A stretch of DNA of 64,000 bases from the human T2T-CHM13v2.0 reference genome, Homo sapiens, in the NCBI RefSeq assembly GCF_009914755.1, contig NC_060937.1. The stretch is one strand, 5' to 3'. Positions 30,804 through 46,888 of this stretch are shown in pieces (within the stretch, counting starts at the first letter, position 1; every line of letters starts with the position of its first letter). A program made the translations under genes and the position numbers. The notes under the pieces are model-generated. The model searched no databases. It saw only the letters and a program-made list of their open reading frames with translations, and had not been told where the DNA came from.

Positions 30804-31107
30804 AGGGCACAGTGGCTCACACCTGTAATGTCAGCACTTTGGGAGGCCGAGGTGGGCAGATCACCTGAGGTCGGGAGTTTGAGACCAGCCTGGCCAACAT
30901 GGTGAAACCGTCTCTACTAAAAATACAAAAAAAAAAAAAATTAGCTGGGTGTGGTGGTGTACACCTATAATCCCAGCTACTTGGGAGCAGGAGAATTGCT
31001 TAAACCTGGAGGCAGAGGTTGCAATGAGCTGAGATCACATCACTGCACTCCAGCCTGGGTGACATAGTGAGATTCTGTCTCAAAATAAATAAATAAATAA
31101 ATAAATA
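30804..31107 (+). mobile_element. AluS with (TAAA)n tail
   Basis: Dimer. Confidence 0.93.
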
Positions 31108-31964
31108 GTTTTAAAAAATAAAAACATAAAAAACACAGATAAATTAAACAGGCAGAAGGCAACATGATTTTGGGAGGGAAGTGGAGGAAAGAATGGGGCT
31201 GGAGACATAAAGAAAGGCCTGAAAGTTATTCTTTCATCATAGGCGATAGGAACGGAGAAGAGCTACATATCAAAAAGTAGCTTTCTCTTTATCCTCTGGT
31301 CTGGTTTTACCATCAGGCTACTTGGATGGACCCAAATGAGGACATTGTCCAGTCTGGTTGAGGGCCATCTGTTGGTCCCCACTGACCGAGACCTCCCACC
31401 CCCACAGGACAATCATTGCTTTGCAACTTAAACAGAAGGCAGGTTTTGGGCGGAGTGCCTTCCTTGCCACGGGACCATACCAGCAGCTGCTGTCTTTGTG
31501 AGTGCTTTCCGGTTAGTGCCAAGGGAAGGAAATTTAAGCCGGAGTCAGGCAGGCGGGGCACCAGGTGTGGTGGGAAGCAGGGCTTATCTGACAACCATCT
31601 GCATAAGGACCGATGGAGGCCTTTGCAAGCCCCAAGTTGCTACTTCAAACATTAACTTGTGTTTTTATTCAGATAGTCTACTAAAGCTCAATGTGGAATT
31701 GGTATGTGCTTTTAAATACCAGAACACTCCTACTGTGCCTGTCATGAAAGCTTCCTGTGTGGGGTGAGACCTTTGGACTTGTATGTGGAATTGGGGAATT
31801 TGGGGAAGGAGCAAGCCTCCTCACCTGGGCTGGAGCTGAGCAGTTTGTGAACTGATACTGCAGTAAGACAAACATTATCCTTTTGGCAGGACTTGAACTT
31901 ACACAAGCAACCAGAGAATTATGACTTTAGGGATTCTTATTTTATTAATCTTTATTATGTTGGC

Positions 31965-32190
31965 CATTTATTAAATATCTACTATGTGCCAATCACTGTT
32001 ATAGGCAGTTAATATACATATGTATGATATATATGTACCATCTCAATCTTAAAGAGTAGATAGTAATATTCTTCATTTTACAATCAAGCAGATGAGGATC
32101 AGGGAAATGCCTTGCCCAGGGACACAGAAATCTTCAATAGCAAGGCTCAACTCAGACCTAGATTTGTCTGATTTCAAAGCCTATTCTCCT
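31965..32190 (-). mobile_element. MIR
   Basis: tctactatgtgccaatcactgt...cttgcccagggacacag...tctgatttcaaagcc. Confidence 0.65.
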
Positions 32191-32227
32191 TTCTCCCACT
32201 TCTTGCTTTTCTGAAAGAATGCCCTAA

Positions 32228-32641
<414 letters not shown>

Positions 32642-32699
32642 TAACAGAATATACACATTTTTACATCAAAAGTGTTACTTGAAAGTGTGCACCTGACTT

Positions 32700-32840
32700 A
32701 AGACTATTATAACAGCATCAAGCTCCTGGTTTTGACATATATTGTTATATAAGATGACATCATGGGGAAAGCTGGAGAAAGGGCAAGTGAAGACTGTCTG
32801 CAACTTATTTTTGCAACTTCTTGTGCATTCTAAACTATTT
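32700..32840 (+). mobile_element. L1MC-type 3' end
   Basis: tcctggttttgaca...gttatataagatg...ggggaaagctgg...tatttttgcaacttcttgtg. Confidence 0.7.
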
Positions 32841-32841
32841 A

Positions 32842-33351
<510 letters not shown>

Positions 33352-33559
33352 TAAAGTGTATTTGATGATGATAATAAAGAGCATTGTGACGATATAGAAC
33401 CAACAGAGTTAGGCAAGTTGAGTCCTGGGTTCTATGGCTGCTTTGCCAATAACTAGCTGTGTGGCTTTTACAGGTCACTTGTCCACCCGAGGCCTAGCAA
33501 AGTCAAGGTGGCATCCACATTCCATTGTAGAGTCAAGTTATGATTTCTGTAATTTCAAA

Positions 33560-34960
33560 AAAATGCATTTTAGACGTCCACTTTAGGATGCAAGAATGAA
33601 TACACACACCTAATGTAGTTCCTCCCAAAACACACTAAATTTGCAGTATAGAAATTTTCTAAAAGACATATCCTACAAAAATAGGAGGGACAGGAGACAG
33701 TAGCAACAAAGGAATAGAAGCTAGGAAGCCTCTATAAGTGATAAATGAGGAAAACACAAATTAACAGGCCTGGAGTTGGTGGTTAATAAAGCTAAGGATA
33801 AACTTATTCACTATAGAATCTTCACAAAGCTCAGGTACCTGGTACCTAACAGCACCAGATACCTCTGGAAATGGAGGTTCAAAGAGGGTGGTGGAAACAA
33901 GGACTGGGTGGCGACCCCAGAGATACACCGAGATTCCTTCCCTGTCTCTTTGTCACCTGGAAGCTTCTTTGCCTCCACCCCTTCATAGTCTACACATCTC
34001 ACTCTCTTACGAGTGCAAAACAGAAGTATTTGGACTTGGGAAGCTGAAAGTACCGTGTCAAAACCAAGAAGATTAAATGACTGTATACACAGTGGATGCT
34101 GAGTGATGAGACCCCCAGGCCCTCTTCCCCCAGCTTAGCTCCCAGAGCACTGATGGCCAGATCTTAAGCATCCAGGCAGGAGACTAAAATTCTGCTCCAG
34201 AGAATCTGACCAGCTCAAGAGAAATCATCAGAAGATACTGAAATTAGGTTTGTTCAACAAATGGTCCAGCCCGCCAGCTGACCCTGCAGTGAAGCTCACA
34301 GGCAACAAACCCTGCCTTGAGCTCCAAGCTTCCAGTTAGCTTTTTGGTTCTCAATTCTTTTTCTTGAAGATACAGACAAAACAAACAGAAGAAAAAGACA
34401 AACTGGAGTGTATGCAGGGAGAAGAAAACTTCCTCCAAAATAATTAATATCCTCAGAGAGATGACAAAAGATCCATAAAAAAGGAAAGAAAAAAACCCAC
34501 ACAGAGAACAGCAACAGCTAGAAGAGCTCTTGAGAATTAAAAACAGGAGCATACAGATGACAAATTAAATAGAGAGGCTGGAAAATCAAGTTGATGGGAA
34601 GTATCCCAGAAGCTAGAGGAAAAAGACAAAGAGCTATAAAATGAAAGAGAAAAGGAGAGGATGAGTCCAGGAGGGCTGACATTAAATAATAGAAGGAGTC
34701 TCAGGAAGAGAGAAAAGAGAAATCGAGGGAAACCCATCGACAAAATTCATCAAGAAGTTTGCCCAGAACAGAAGGACGTGAATTTCCAGAATGAAAAGCT
34801 CACCAAGTGCCCAAGACAGTAGATGAAAATAGAATCACACCAAGGAACATCAATGAGAAATGTCCAAAAAAAAAAATCCTACGGGTTTTCATAAAGAGAA
34901 AATAAGTCAATTAAAAGGATCAGGAAACACACTGACTTCAGACATTTAAAAGCTAATAGA
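33560..34960 (+). mobile_element. HAL1 fossil with ORF1-like remnant
   Basis: gaatctgaccagctcaagagaaa...tatgcagggagaagaaaacttc...attaatatcctcagagagat; translates IDKIHQEVCPEQKDVNFQNEK / HQVPKTVDENRITPRNI, similar to L1 ORF1p. Confidence 0.8.
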
Positions 34961-35078
34961 GGCTGGGTGCAGTGGCTCAAGCCTTTACTCCTAACACTTT
35001 GGGAGGCCAAGGCGGAGGATCTCTTGAGCCCAGGAGTTCAAGACCAGCTTGGGTAACATAGTGAGACCCTATCTCTAC

Positions 35079-35109
<31 letters not shown>

Positions 35110-35315
35110 TGAGTGTGGTGTTGCATGCCTGTACTTCTGGCTACTCAGGAGGCTGAGGTGGGAGGGTCACTTGAACCCAGGAGGTCAAGGCTGCAGTGGG
35201 CCATGATCACACTATTGCACTCCAGCCTGGGTGACAGAGGGAGACCCTGTCTCAAAAAACAAAACAAAACAAAACACATAACAAAACAAACAAAATAAAG
35301 AAAGAAAAAGAAAAC
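34961..35315 (+). mobile_element. AluJ
   Basis: Dimer with long middle A-tract and (CAAAA)n tail. Confidence 0.93.
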
Positions 35316-35412
35316 CAAACAGACAATGGATAGAGGTTCCAATTCTGAGTAGGAGGGCAAACCCACACTCCACCTGGGCTCTCCCAACTGCACTTATAAA
35401 AACCTGGACAGA

Positions 35413-35515
35413 ATGTAATCCCAGCATTTTGGGAGGCCAAGGCAAAGGATCACTTGAGATCAGCAGTTTGACACCAGCCTGGGCAACACAGCAAGACCGT
35501 GTCTCTATAAACATT
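35413..35515 (+). mobile_element. 5'-truncated Alu left monomer
   Basis: tgtaatcccagcattttgggagg...gcaagaccgtgtctcta. Confidence 0.85.
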
Positions 35516-35547
35516 TTTAAAATGTTTAAATTAAAAAAAATAAAGGA

Positions 35548-35854
<307 letters not shown>

Positions 35855-35880
35855 AAAAAAATAAAGGAAAGTAAACAGTC

Positions 35881-35882
35881 AT

Positions 35883-35917
<35 letters not shown>

Positions 35918-35958
35918 TTTTGAGACAGAATCTCACACTGTGAGCCACCGCGCCCGGC
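35881..35958 (-). mobile_element. Collapsed Alu (tail and both termini only)
   Basis: (ATTT)n tgagacagaatctcacactg joined directly to tgagccaccgcgcccggc. Confidence 0.85.
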
Positions 35959-36075
35959 GAGTAAATAGTATTTCTGGGAGGTAAATAGTAGCAGGCAGAT
36001 TGAGGAAAAGGAGAATCCAAAGTGCCACCAAAGCAGCAGTGTGTGTCTCACTTTTTCCTCTGAAATACTCTAGGC

Positions 36076-36406
<331 letters not shown>

Positions 36407-36481
36407 CTATGAAAGAATGGCAGCAATAACCTGAAGTGCCTAAAAAATGGAATATTATTTAGCAATAAAAAGGAACAAATT

Positions 36482-37212
<731 letters not shown>

Positions 37213-37279
37213 TTCCAAAGACACATACTATATTAAAATAAGTCATCTTATATCCTTATTCTAAGGTTTATTCAGTAAA

Positions 37280-38360
37280 CTTCTAAGGTTTATACAGGAA
37301 TGACGTGGACTTGTAAACGGCCCCAGAGCTCAATCCTATTGGGCAACTGTGAGTTGGTGCCTGGGCCAGCGGCCTGGCTGACGCTTCTTGTTCATTCTTC
37401 TGCCTCAGCCAGTAGGTTTGGCTAGAATTCCAAGGCCTTAGACTTTGCCGGACTAGAAAAGGAAAGAGGAAAGGGAAGTAAATCGCCGCAGGGGTCAAAC
37501 CTGCTTTCCTGTGCTCTTCTGAGCTGCTCTCGGCTCCTGCTCTGCAGAGCTAAAACCTCTAAGGAAGCCACTCTTTTATCATCTCCAAAAGATTACGGGA
37601 TCATATAGTCTAGGCTGCAACTATACCATCTGCTTATGCCCTCGGAATTTTAAAAACGAGACCCATGTTTACAAATGTGAGCTGACATGTCACATTTGTG
37701 GAGAAATAACGAAGTAGCTGCCAGGCGGCAGCAAGATTCTTCATGTTCAGAAGCTCCTCCACGTAAAAGCAGGTTACGTCCTGAAAGATCATTCTTAAGT
37801 GCACTGTTTGTTAGTTCAGTTGCCTAGGAAGGGTTTAAGCTTTCAGCCCTCAGATTTCTTTCCACCAAACAGGCATGTTTTCAATTCACGCACATGCTCC
37901 TCCTCTGAACTGGTGAATGCACTCTCAGGCATGTTTTCCCCTAACAAATCCATTTTTTTCTACATTGAAAGTTCCGTTGGGACAGATAACATCTGCAAGT
38001 ATTGTAAGAATCTCCTTAGCAGCTTCACAACCTCCACTCCGCTTTGAAGTCAGGCAAATTCAAAGGCGCCTTATATAGAGGAAATATCCGTGGCTTGAGG
38101 CAAACATTTCATCACTCCTAGGCTCGAAGTCTTCAAGCAAACAGCTGGCATTCTCCCGGACAGGGCTGGTAGACTCTGTGGATGTCTTGCCTTCAAGCCA
38201 TGGCGCTTTAAATCCTTTGGGGTTTGTCTACTGTGTTTTCTATCCACTGCTGATGATTGTTGACTACAGAGGTAAGGCAGCTTTTATACATTACACAACT
38301 ACCCTTTGTCCTTTAGAACCTTTCCTAATGTTGAATGACTCAGTCCATAACCAAGGGCAG
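37280..38360. promoter_or_regulatory. Candidate enhancer or promoter-like block
   Basis: TGACGTGG at 37301-37308, reverse CCAAT, CArG-like ccttatatag next to gaggaaat, TGACTCA at 38336-38342; about 1 kb repeat-free with CpG retention. Confidence 0.3.
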
Positions 38361-38658
38361 CATTCGTTACTTTGTCACTGTTTTCTATTAAAACAACAAC
38401 AACAACACCACTCTCTCATTTGTAATTGAATACATTAATAAACCCTTTCATGGGCATGATGGAGTTAAACGTGTTTGTAAAACACCTCAGCACCCTGTAC
38501 TAGCAAAGCAAACACACCTTAGACCAAGAGGCCTGCAGCCAAGAACCCTGATCCCAGTCCTTGGTGGTGACTGACCTTTCTCGGGAAAGCACAGCTTTGT
38601 TGACAATCATGGATGTTCTCAAGGAGATGGGCTCTGTACTTCCTATAAAAAGCAAGGA

Positions 38659-38947
38659 GTCCAGGTGTGGTGGCTCATGCCTGTAATCCCAGCACTTTGG
38701 GAGGCCGAGGCAGGAGGATCACTTGAGGCCAGGAGTTCCAGACCAGCCTGGCCAACATGGCGAAACCCCATCTCTACTAAAAATACAAAAATTAGCTGGG
38801 TGTGGTGGTGCACACCTGTAATCCCAGCTACTTGGGAGGCTGAGAATTGCTTGAACCTGGGAGGCAGAGGTGGCAGTGAGACAGGATCATGCCACTGCAC
38901 TCCAGCCTGGGCAACAGAGCAAGACCCTGTCTCAAAAAAAAAAAAAA
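38659..38947 (+). mobile_element. AluS
   Basis: TSD aaaaagcaaggag. Confidence 0.95.
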
Positions 38948-39072
38948 GCAAGGAGATTCTAAAGTTGATCTGCAGTGCACTGTCTCCAGATCAACAAACC
39001 TGGAGGCTGGCAAAGTTATCTGAAGAATTTGGGCAGAAATATATTTATCTGTATCATTAAAAAAAAAAAAAC

Positions 39073-39385
39073 AGCCAAGTGCTGTGGCTCACGCCTGTAA
39101 TCCCAGCACTTTGGGAGGCTAAGGCAGATGGATCGTTTGAACCCAGGAGATCAAGACCAGACTGGGCAACATGGTGAAACCCCAGCTCTCCTAAAAATGC
39201 AAAAATTCAACCGGGCATGGTGATGTGCACCTGTAGTCCCAGCTACTCAGGAGTCTGAGGAGGGAAGATCACTTGAACCCGGGAGGCAGAGGTTGCAATG
39301 AGCCATGATCACGCCACTGCACTCCAGCCTGGGTGACAGAGGAAGACTGTTCCTCAAAATAAAATAAAAATAAGAAAAATAATAA
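39073..39385 (+). mobile_element. AluJ/S
   Basis: Full dimer. Confidence 0.93.
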
Positions 39386-39407
39386 ATCAAAGATTTGTTC
39401 AGAAATC

Positions 39408-39845
<438 letters not shown>

Positions 39846-40263
39846 TAATTCTTAAAACACCTCTACTATATAGATATTAGTATTACATATTACAAATAGG
39901 GAAACTGAGGCATAGTTAAAGTAACTTGTGCAAAGTCACACGGCTAATTAGGGAGTAGGGATTCCAACCCAGTCTCTGACTACAGAACTCTCAACCACTA
40001 CGTTGAAGTTTTCAGGCACCACCTGTCTCAGATTCACTCTGACCGTGGGGAAATGAGTATGCATCTACACTCAAAGGTATTGTTACCTTTTTTCCTCACA
40101 ATACTGTCGTCCAAGAGAATTAGCTCTGTGTCCAGTTTACAACTCTCCCACTCTGCGTCACCTTCCTATCAGCATATCAAAAACCACGCTACCTCCCAAC
40201 TCTGCTTTAAGAATCTAAAGAACTGGATGCTGATGATGGCAAAGTCTGTTGATAGATCTCAAG

Positions 40264-40467
40264 CAGTGGCTCTCAATCAGGAGTGATTTTGGCCCGCAGG
40301 GGACATTCGGCTATTTTTGATCATCACAACTTAGGTGGGAGTGGGGAGGGGAGCTACCTGGTAGCAGCCAGGGATGTTGCAAAACATCCTATAATGCACA
40401 GGTAGCTCTCCCACCCACCCATCAGTCTGGCCCAAAATGTCAATAGTGTTGAGGTTGAAAAACTCTG
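40264..40467 (-). mobile_element. MER20 (hAT-Charlie)
   Basis: cagtggctctcaa...ggggacatt...gccagggatgttgcaaaacatccta...ggcccaaaatgtcaatagtgttgaggttgaaaaactctg. Confidence 0.88.
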
Positions 40468-40815
40468 AGCTAAAAAAATCAGTAATGCTCGTTAGCCCTC
40501 GTCCACAGCCCGGCCCGGAATGAAGCATGGCTAGCATGGCGGACACCAGTCAAGAAATGGTATCAGATGGGTTAGCTCTTCTGCAAGGGGAGATGCTGAT
40601 GCTTGCACTTGGGCTTCTTCCAGCCAGCTAATTAACACATCTACAGATTGCCTGAACTGACAGCCTCCTTTCCCCCAGACAAACAGCATGCTGATAAGCC
40701 TTTCCAAAATCAAAATACTGTCCTGACAAACTAAGGGAGTGATTCAGCAAGGTGAGTCTTTCTGCTGCGCGTGAGGCAAAGGCATAGGACCTAGTCTAGA
40801 GGCAGTCAATGGGGT

Positions 40816-40851
40816 GGCATGCCCAGAGTGAAGGGCATGCCCAGAGTGAAG
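40816..40851. repeat. Perfect 18-bp tandem duplication
   Basis: ggcatgcccagagtgaag twice. Confidence 0.95.
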
Positions 40852-41164
40852 TATGGCATTAGTAAGGGCAAGGGGGCATCGGCAGAGAAAGTCAGGAAAG
40901 ATCATTACCATCCAATGGGGAGGAGTGGAACTTTAAAACTGGTCAGGGAATCCTGTTGGCTTCACTCGCTTATTATTTTAGCAGGCAATGAGATCATGGT
41001 CTGCAAGAACAGAGCTAAAGAGCTGGGAGCTATAACCACATACTGCTGCAAATAAAGTCAGCTCCAGTATGGAAAGGAACACAAGGCATGGGCTGCATTT
41101 GATTCACCCAAGGTTCAAGGTCAGAGTTGTGCCATGAAGGCACCAGTGGAGTTGGGGGGAGGCA

Positions 41165-41350
41165 GACACACCTGGTTTTGAACTCCAGCTTTGAAATACT
41201 TCCACCATGTGTAGGCAGAAAACAATTTCTCTGAGACTTCATTTCCCATCTGTAGAGCAGGAGAAATAATAAGAGTCACTATGCAGGGCTGTCCTGAGAA
41301 GCAAAGGGTGTGATACGTGTAATCCAGCGCTTGGATAGGGGGCTGTGCAC
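41165..41350 (+). mobile_element. MIR
   Basis: ctctgagacttcatttcccatctgtagagcaggagaaataataa. Confidence 0.7.
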
Positions 41351-41624
41351 AAAATTAGTCTGGAACAAGAGCCAAGTCGTCCCTCCTGCTCCCCTCCTCC
41401 CTTTCCTTGCACATGGTTTTCCCGGGTGCCTGGCTGACAGAGGAACTGTTCCTGGGGCTGAGTCCTGCGATCCCAATAGAGGCTTTTTATTAAGTAGAAT
41501 TTACACTGACAACCTATTCCATACGATATGTCCAGAGAGCAAGCTCACCTTAAACAAGCATATTCAACTTTTCTAGAGCCCAGAAAATCACTTTTTGAAA
41601 TACTTATTATGAACCTGGGGTCCC

Positions 41625-42993
<1,369 letters not shown>

Positions 42994-43599
42994 TATTTTA
43001 GCTTTTTGAAGAGGGTAGGATGGAGAAAAAGATGAAGAGGGAGAAAACCAAACTTCCTAACTAAATTTTGTGAAATAATTATATTTCAGTGACACAGTGA
43101 AATTCTTTGTATGGTTGTTCTTTCTGAAAAGAGCGAAATGAAATAGGATTGAGAATCCTGACTATACCAATAGATTTTCTTTTAAGGCTGCGTCTGTTCT
43201 GCAGTGTTTGGGTAAAGCACTTTCTGTGCATTGTGAAATAAAACACGCCTAGATTGTTAAAAAAAAAAAAAAAAAGGCTGTCAATTTTCCGTTAAAGCCT
43301 TTTATCTGTACTTTACCCCTTCCCTCCAGCAGATTCTAAACTCTTCATTCACACCCACTATTGTCACTTCCACACTAAATTAAACAAACTCAGTTCGATC
43401 ACTGCAGTTTTTGGAAGCACAAAGTAACACTATACAAGTTAGAGAAAGTGAAAGAACTTCTTTCTAAATTCAAACGGCTGAACAAGGAAACATTCAGGTA
43501 GGCAGAGTCCTTGCAGTTTCTGTTCTTACCACAGAAAAACTTAAAGAAGCCACATTCTGGATGTTGTTTTTCATGTTAACAAAAAGTCCAGACGGACCC

Positions 43600-44300
43600 C
43601 ATAGCTCACAGTGCTTCTTCTCACCCCTCGCCCCTCCCCAAACTCCATCGACCCAGAAGCATTAATTTCATAAGGAAGAGAAAACTTGGCTTTCTACTAA
43701 ATTCAGCTCTGAATTCAGCCCTCCATTTCCCAAGGGCTAGGACCCAGAGCCAAGTCAGCCCGCCCCTCCCTCTCGCTCCCAGACCTGAGCTGAGGATGCT
43801 GCAGCCCAGCACTCCTCCAGGTTTGGAAAAGGCGGCTACGCTGGGCAAGTTTGGAAAGTTCTGGGAGAAGAGCGAAAGGAGGGAGTGTGTGTTGGCTCTT
43901 TTCCTTTCCTTGGAAAGCACTTAACAAGAATGACACCCTACCCCCACATCAAATGCCTTCTCTTGCAGTCCTGGTTGTTTTATAAAAACTGAGTTCGTGT
44001 CTTTAATGCCAGGATTTTCTTCCTGGTAGTAAGCATTGGCTAATGATTGCCAGTCGGCTTCTGCGTCTGTGTGCCATGTGACCTGGACACGTGACTTGGA
44101 GCCGGCTGTGGTTGTTACTTGTATTTGAATAAGAAGATCAAGCTTATTATTGCAGTAAAAGCCTGTGGGACTTGTCTGTGCAACGTGATTCCCCAGGCGG
44201 GTTACACAACGCACCGTACAGCCTCGTCTTCCAGAGGCTCCAGTTGTTTCGTAAGGTAAAACAAACACGATTTTATATTTTCCAAAGTGAAAGTCCATTT
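43600..44300. promoter_or_regulatory. Candidate enhancer or alternative promoter
   Basis: GC boxes cccgcccctccc; paired CATGTGAC (44075-44082) and CACGTGAC (44088-44095); RUNX TGTGGTT (44107-44113); C/EBP-type TTACACAA (44202-44209); CpG retention. Confidence 0.4.
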
Positions 44301-44407
44301 TCCCCCTGGAAAGTGTCTGATGATCCTGGAAAAAGATGAAGCCTAGTTTCTCCAAACCCTGTTAGTCCCCTTGGTACAGTAAGGTAGAACTACTGCCCAG
44401 CACACAA

Positions 44408-44572
44408 TTAGAGAAAAAAAAACAAATCCAGTCTCCTTTTCAAATAAAGATTTAGGATTGACGTTAGAGAAAAAAACATCCAGTCTCCTTTTCAAATAAA
44501 GATTTAGGATTGATGTTAGAGAAAAAAACAGATCCAGTCTCCTTTTCAAATAAAGATTTAGGATTGACGTTA
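44408..44572. repeat. Minisatellite, 3 units of 56, 52 and 54 bp
   Basis: ttagagaaaaaaa(..)atccagtctccttttcaaataaagatttaggattga(c/t)g three times. Confidence 0.97.
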
Positions 44573-45126
44573 CCTTTTACTATTTCCCCTTCTCCCTTCC
44601 TAAAAAGTCTTCAAGATATGCTCTTATCTACCTATAAAGAATTTACACTAAAAATGACGTTTTTAAATTTAAAATTTAAATGGCACGTTCATTTTGCGAT
44701 TTTTTTCCCTTAGATTTCTACAACATTAATAGTTAAATTTTTATTGTCCACATACCCTGTAAAAGAGACATCAGAAGGATTCATCTTTTTGTAGGTGAGA
44801 AGAGCTGGATGTTCCCTTCAGGTTAGGATGTATGCGTGCATATATATATGCAAATATATGCAGATTTACCCCAGGAGGGCTTTTCCACGACCAAGAAGGT
44901 GACATCTTTACCATGCATGTTTTAATACTTTCCCCACCCCAATGCTGAAGAAGCCCTGCTATAATTTGCTTTCTTCTGCCTCTAAGGGTGATGACTCAAC
45001 TACAGAGGCAAGATCAGGGAGGAACAATAGCTTTGGTTATCTCTAATGAGCGATCCAATAACCATCAAACCAGTGAGTTCTCTCAGCCCAAGGCTGGCGC
45101 CTCTGTGTGGAACCGCAAAGGGCACT

Positions 45127-45272
45127 TTTCTTTCTTTCTTTTTTTTTTTTTTTTTAACTTTTATTTTAGGTTCAGGGGTACATGTGCAGGTTTGTTACAC
45201 CGGCAAACTCATGTCACAGGGGTTTGTTGTACAGATTATTTCGTCATGCAGGTACTAAGCCTAGGACCAATT
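45127..45272 (-). mobile_element. L1PA (older, about PA13-like) 3' end, strongly 5'-truncated
   Basis: ttttaacttttattttaggttcaggggtacatgtgcaggtttgttac...gtacagattatttcgtca. Confidence 0.85.
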
Positions 45273-45274
45273 AA

Positions 45275-45750
45275 ACATTAACTCTCCATTTTCCATTCCC
45301 CTACCCGCTGGTAACCACCATTCTGCTGTTGTCTCTAGACACTCATATAACTAGAGTCACATAGTATTTGTCCTTATGTGACTGACTTATTTCACTTAAC
45401 ATAATGTCTTAAAGATTCATCCATGTTGAAGCATATGTCAGAATATCCTTCCTTTTTTAAGGCTGGATAATATTCCATTGTATGTATACCACATTTTATC
45501 TATTCATCCATCCATGGACACTCGGGTTGCTTCTATCTTTTGGCCATTGTGAAGGATGCTGCTGTGAACCTGGGTATACAATTATCTGCATGAGTTCCTT
45601 TCAATTATTTCCTTTCAATTCCTTTCAATAGAAGTCATGCTTTCAGTTACTTTGGATAAATATCCAAAAGTAGGATTGGTGGATATATGGTAATTCTGTT
45701 TAATTTTTTCGAGGACCCACCGTACCGCTTTCCATAGAGGCTGTGCCATT
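45275..45750 (-). mobile_element. L1MB-type 3' fragment
   Basis: ctggtaaccaccattctgct...gacttatttcacttaacataatgtc...ccttttttaaggctggataatattccattgtatg. Confidence 0.85.
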
Positions 45751-46044
45751 TGTTTTTTCTAGAGATGGGTCTCCCTTTGTAGCTCAGGCTGGAGTGCAGC
45801 GGTGAAATCACAGCTCACTGTCACCTCGAACTCCTGGGCTCAAGGAATCCACCCACCTCAGCCTCTCCCCGAGTAGCTGGGGCTACAGGTGTATGCCATC
45901 ATACTTGGCAAAAAAATAAAAAATAATTTGTAGAGATGGATCTCACCATCTTGCCTAGGCTGGTCTGAAACTCCTGGGCTCAAGCAATCCCACCTGAGAC
46001 TCCCAAAGTGCTGGGATTATAGGCATGAGCCACCACGTCTGGCT
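45751..46044 (-). mobile_element. AluJ
   Basis: TSD gaggctgtgccatt. Confidence 0.93.
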
Positions 46045-46278
46045 GAGGCTGTGCCATTCTGACCCTGTTGGTGGTTCAGGTCTTTGTAAGAGGTGAGCTT
46101 GAAAAAGACATAAATTTTATTCTTTGATTTTCTAAAGACTCACTAATGCTGGACATGGTACCTTGTTTCTGCCTTAGGCTCTCCTTCTACAGAGGGAAGA
46201 TGGCCGTTACTATCTCTCTCAGGAAAACAAGGAACTATGGCAAGTGTTGTTGAGATAGGCTGGGAGAAATTTAGTTCA

Positions 46279-46888
<610 letters not shown>

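Noticed and set aside
44408-44572. Repeat array superficially like a CRISPR array
   Set aside because: Head-to-tail units without unique spacers, human context and no cas genes; it is a minisatellite.
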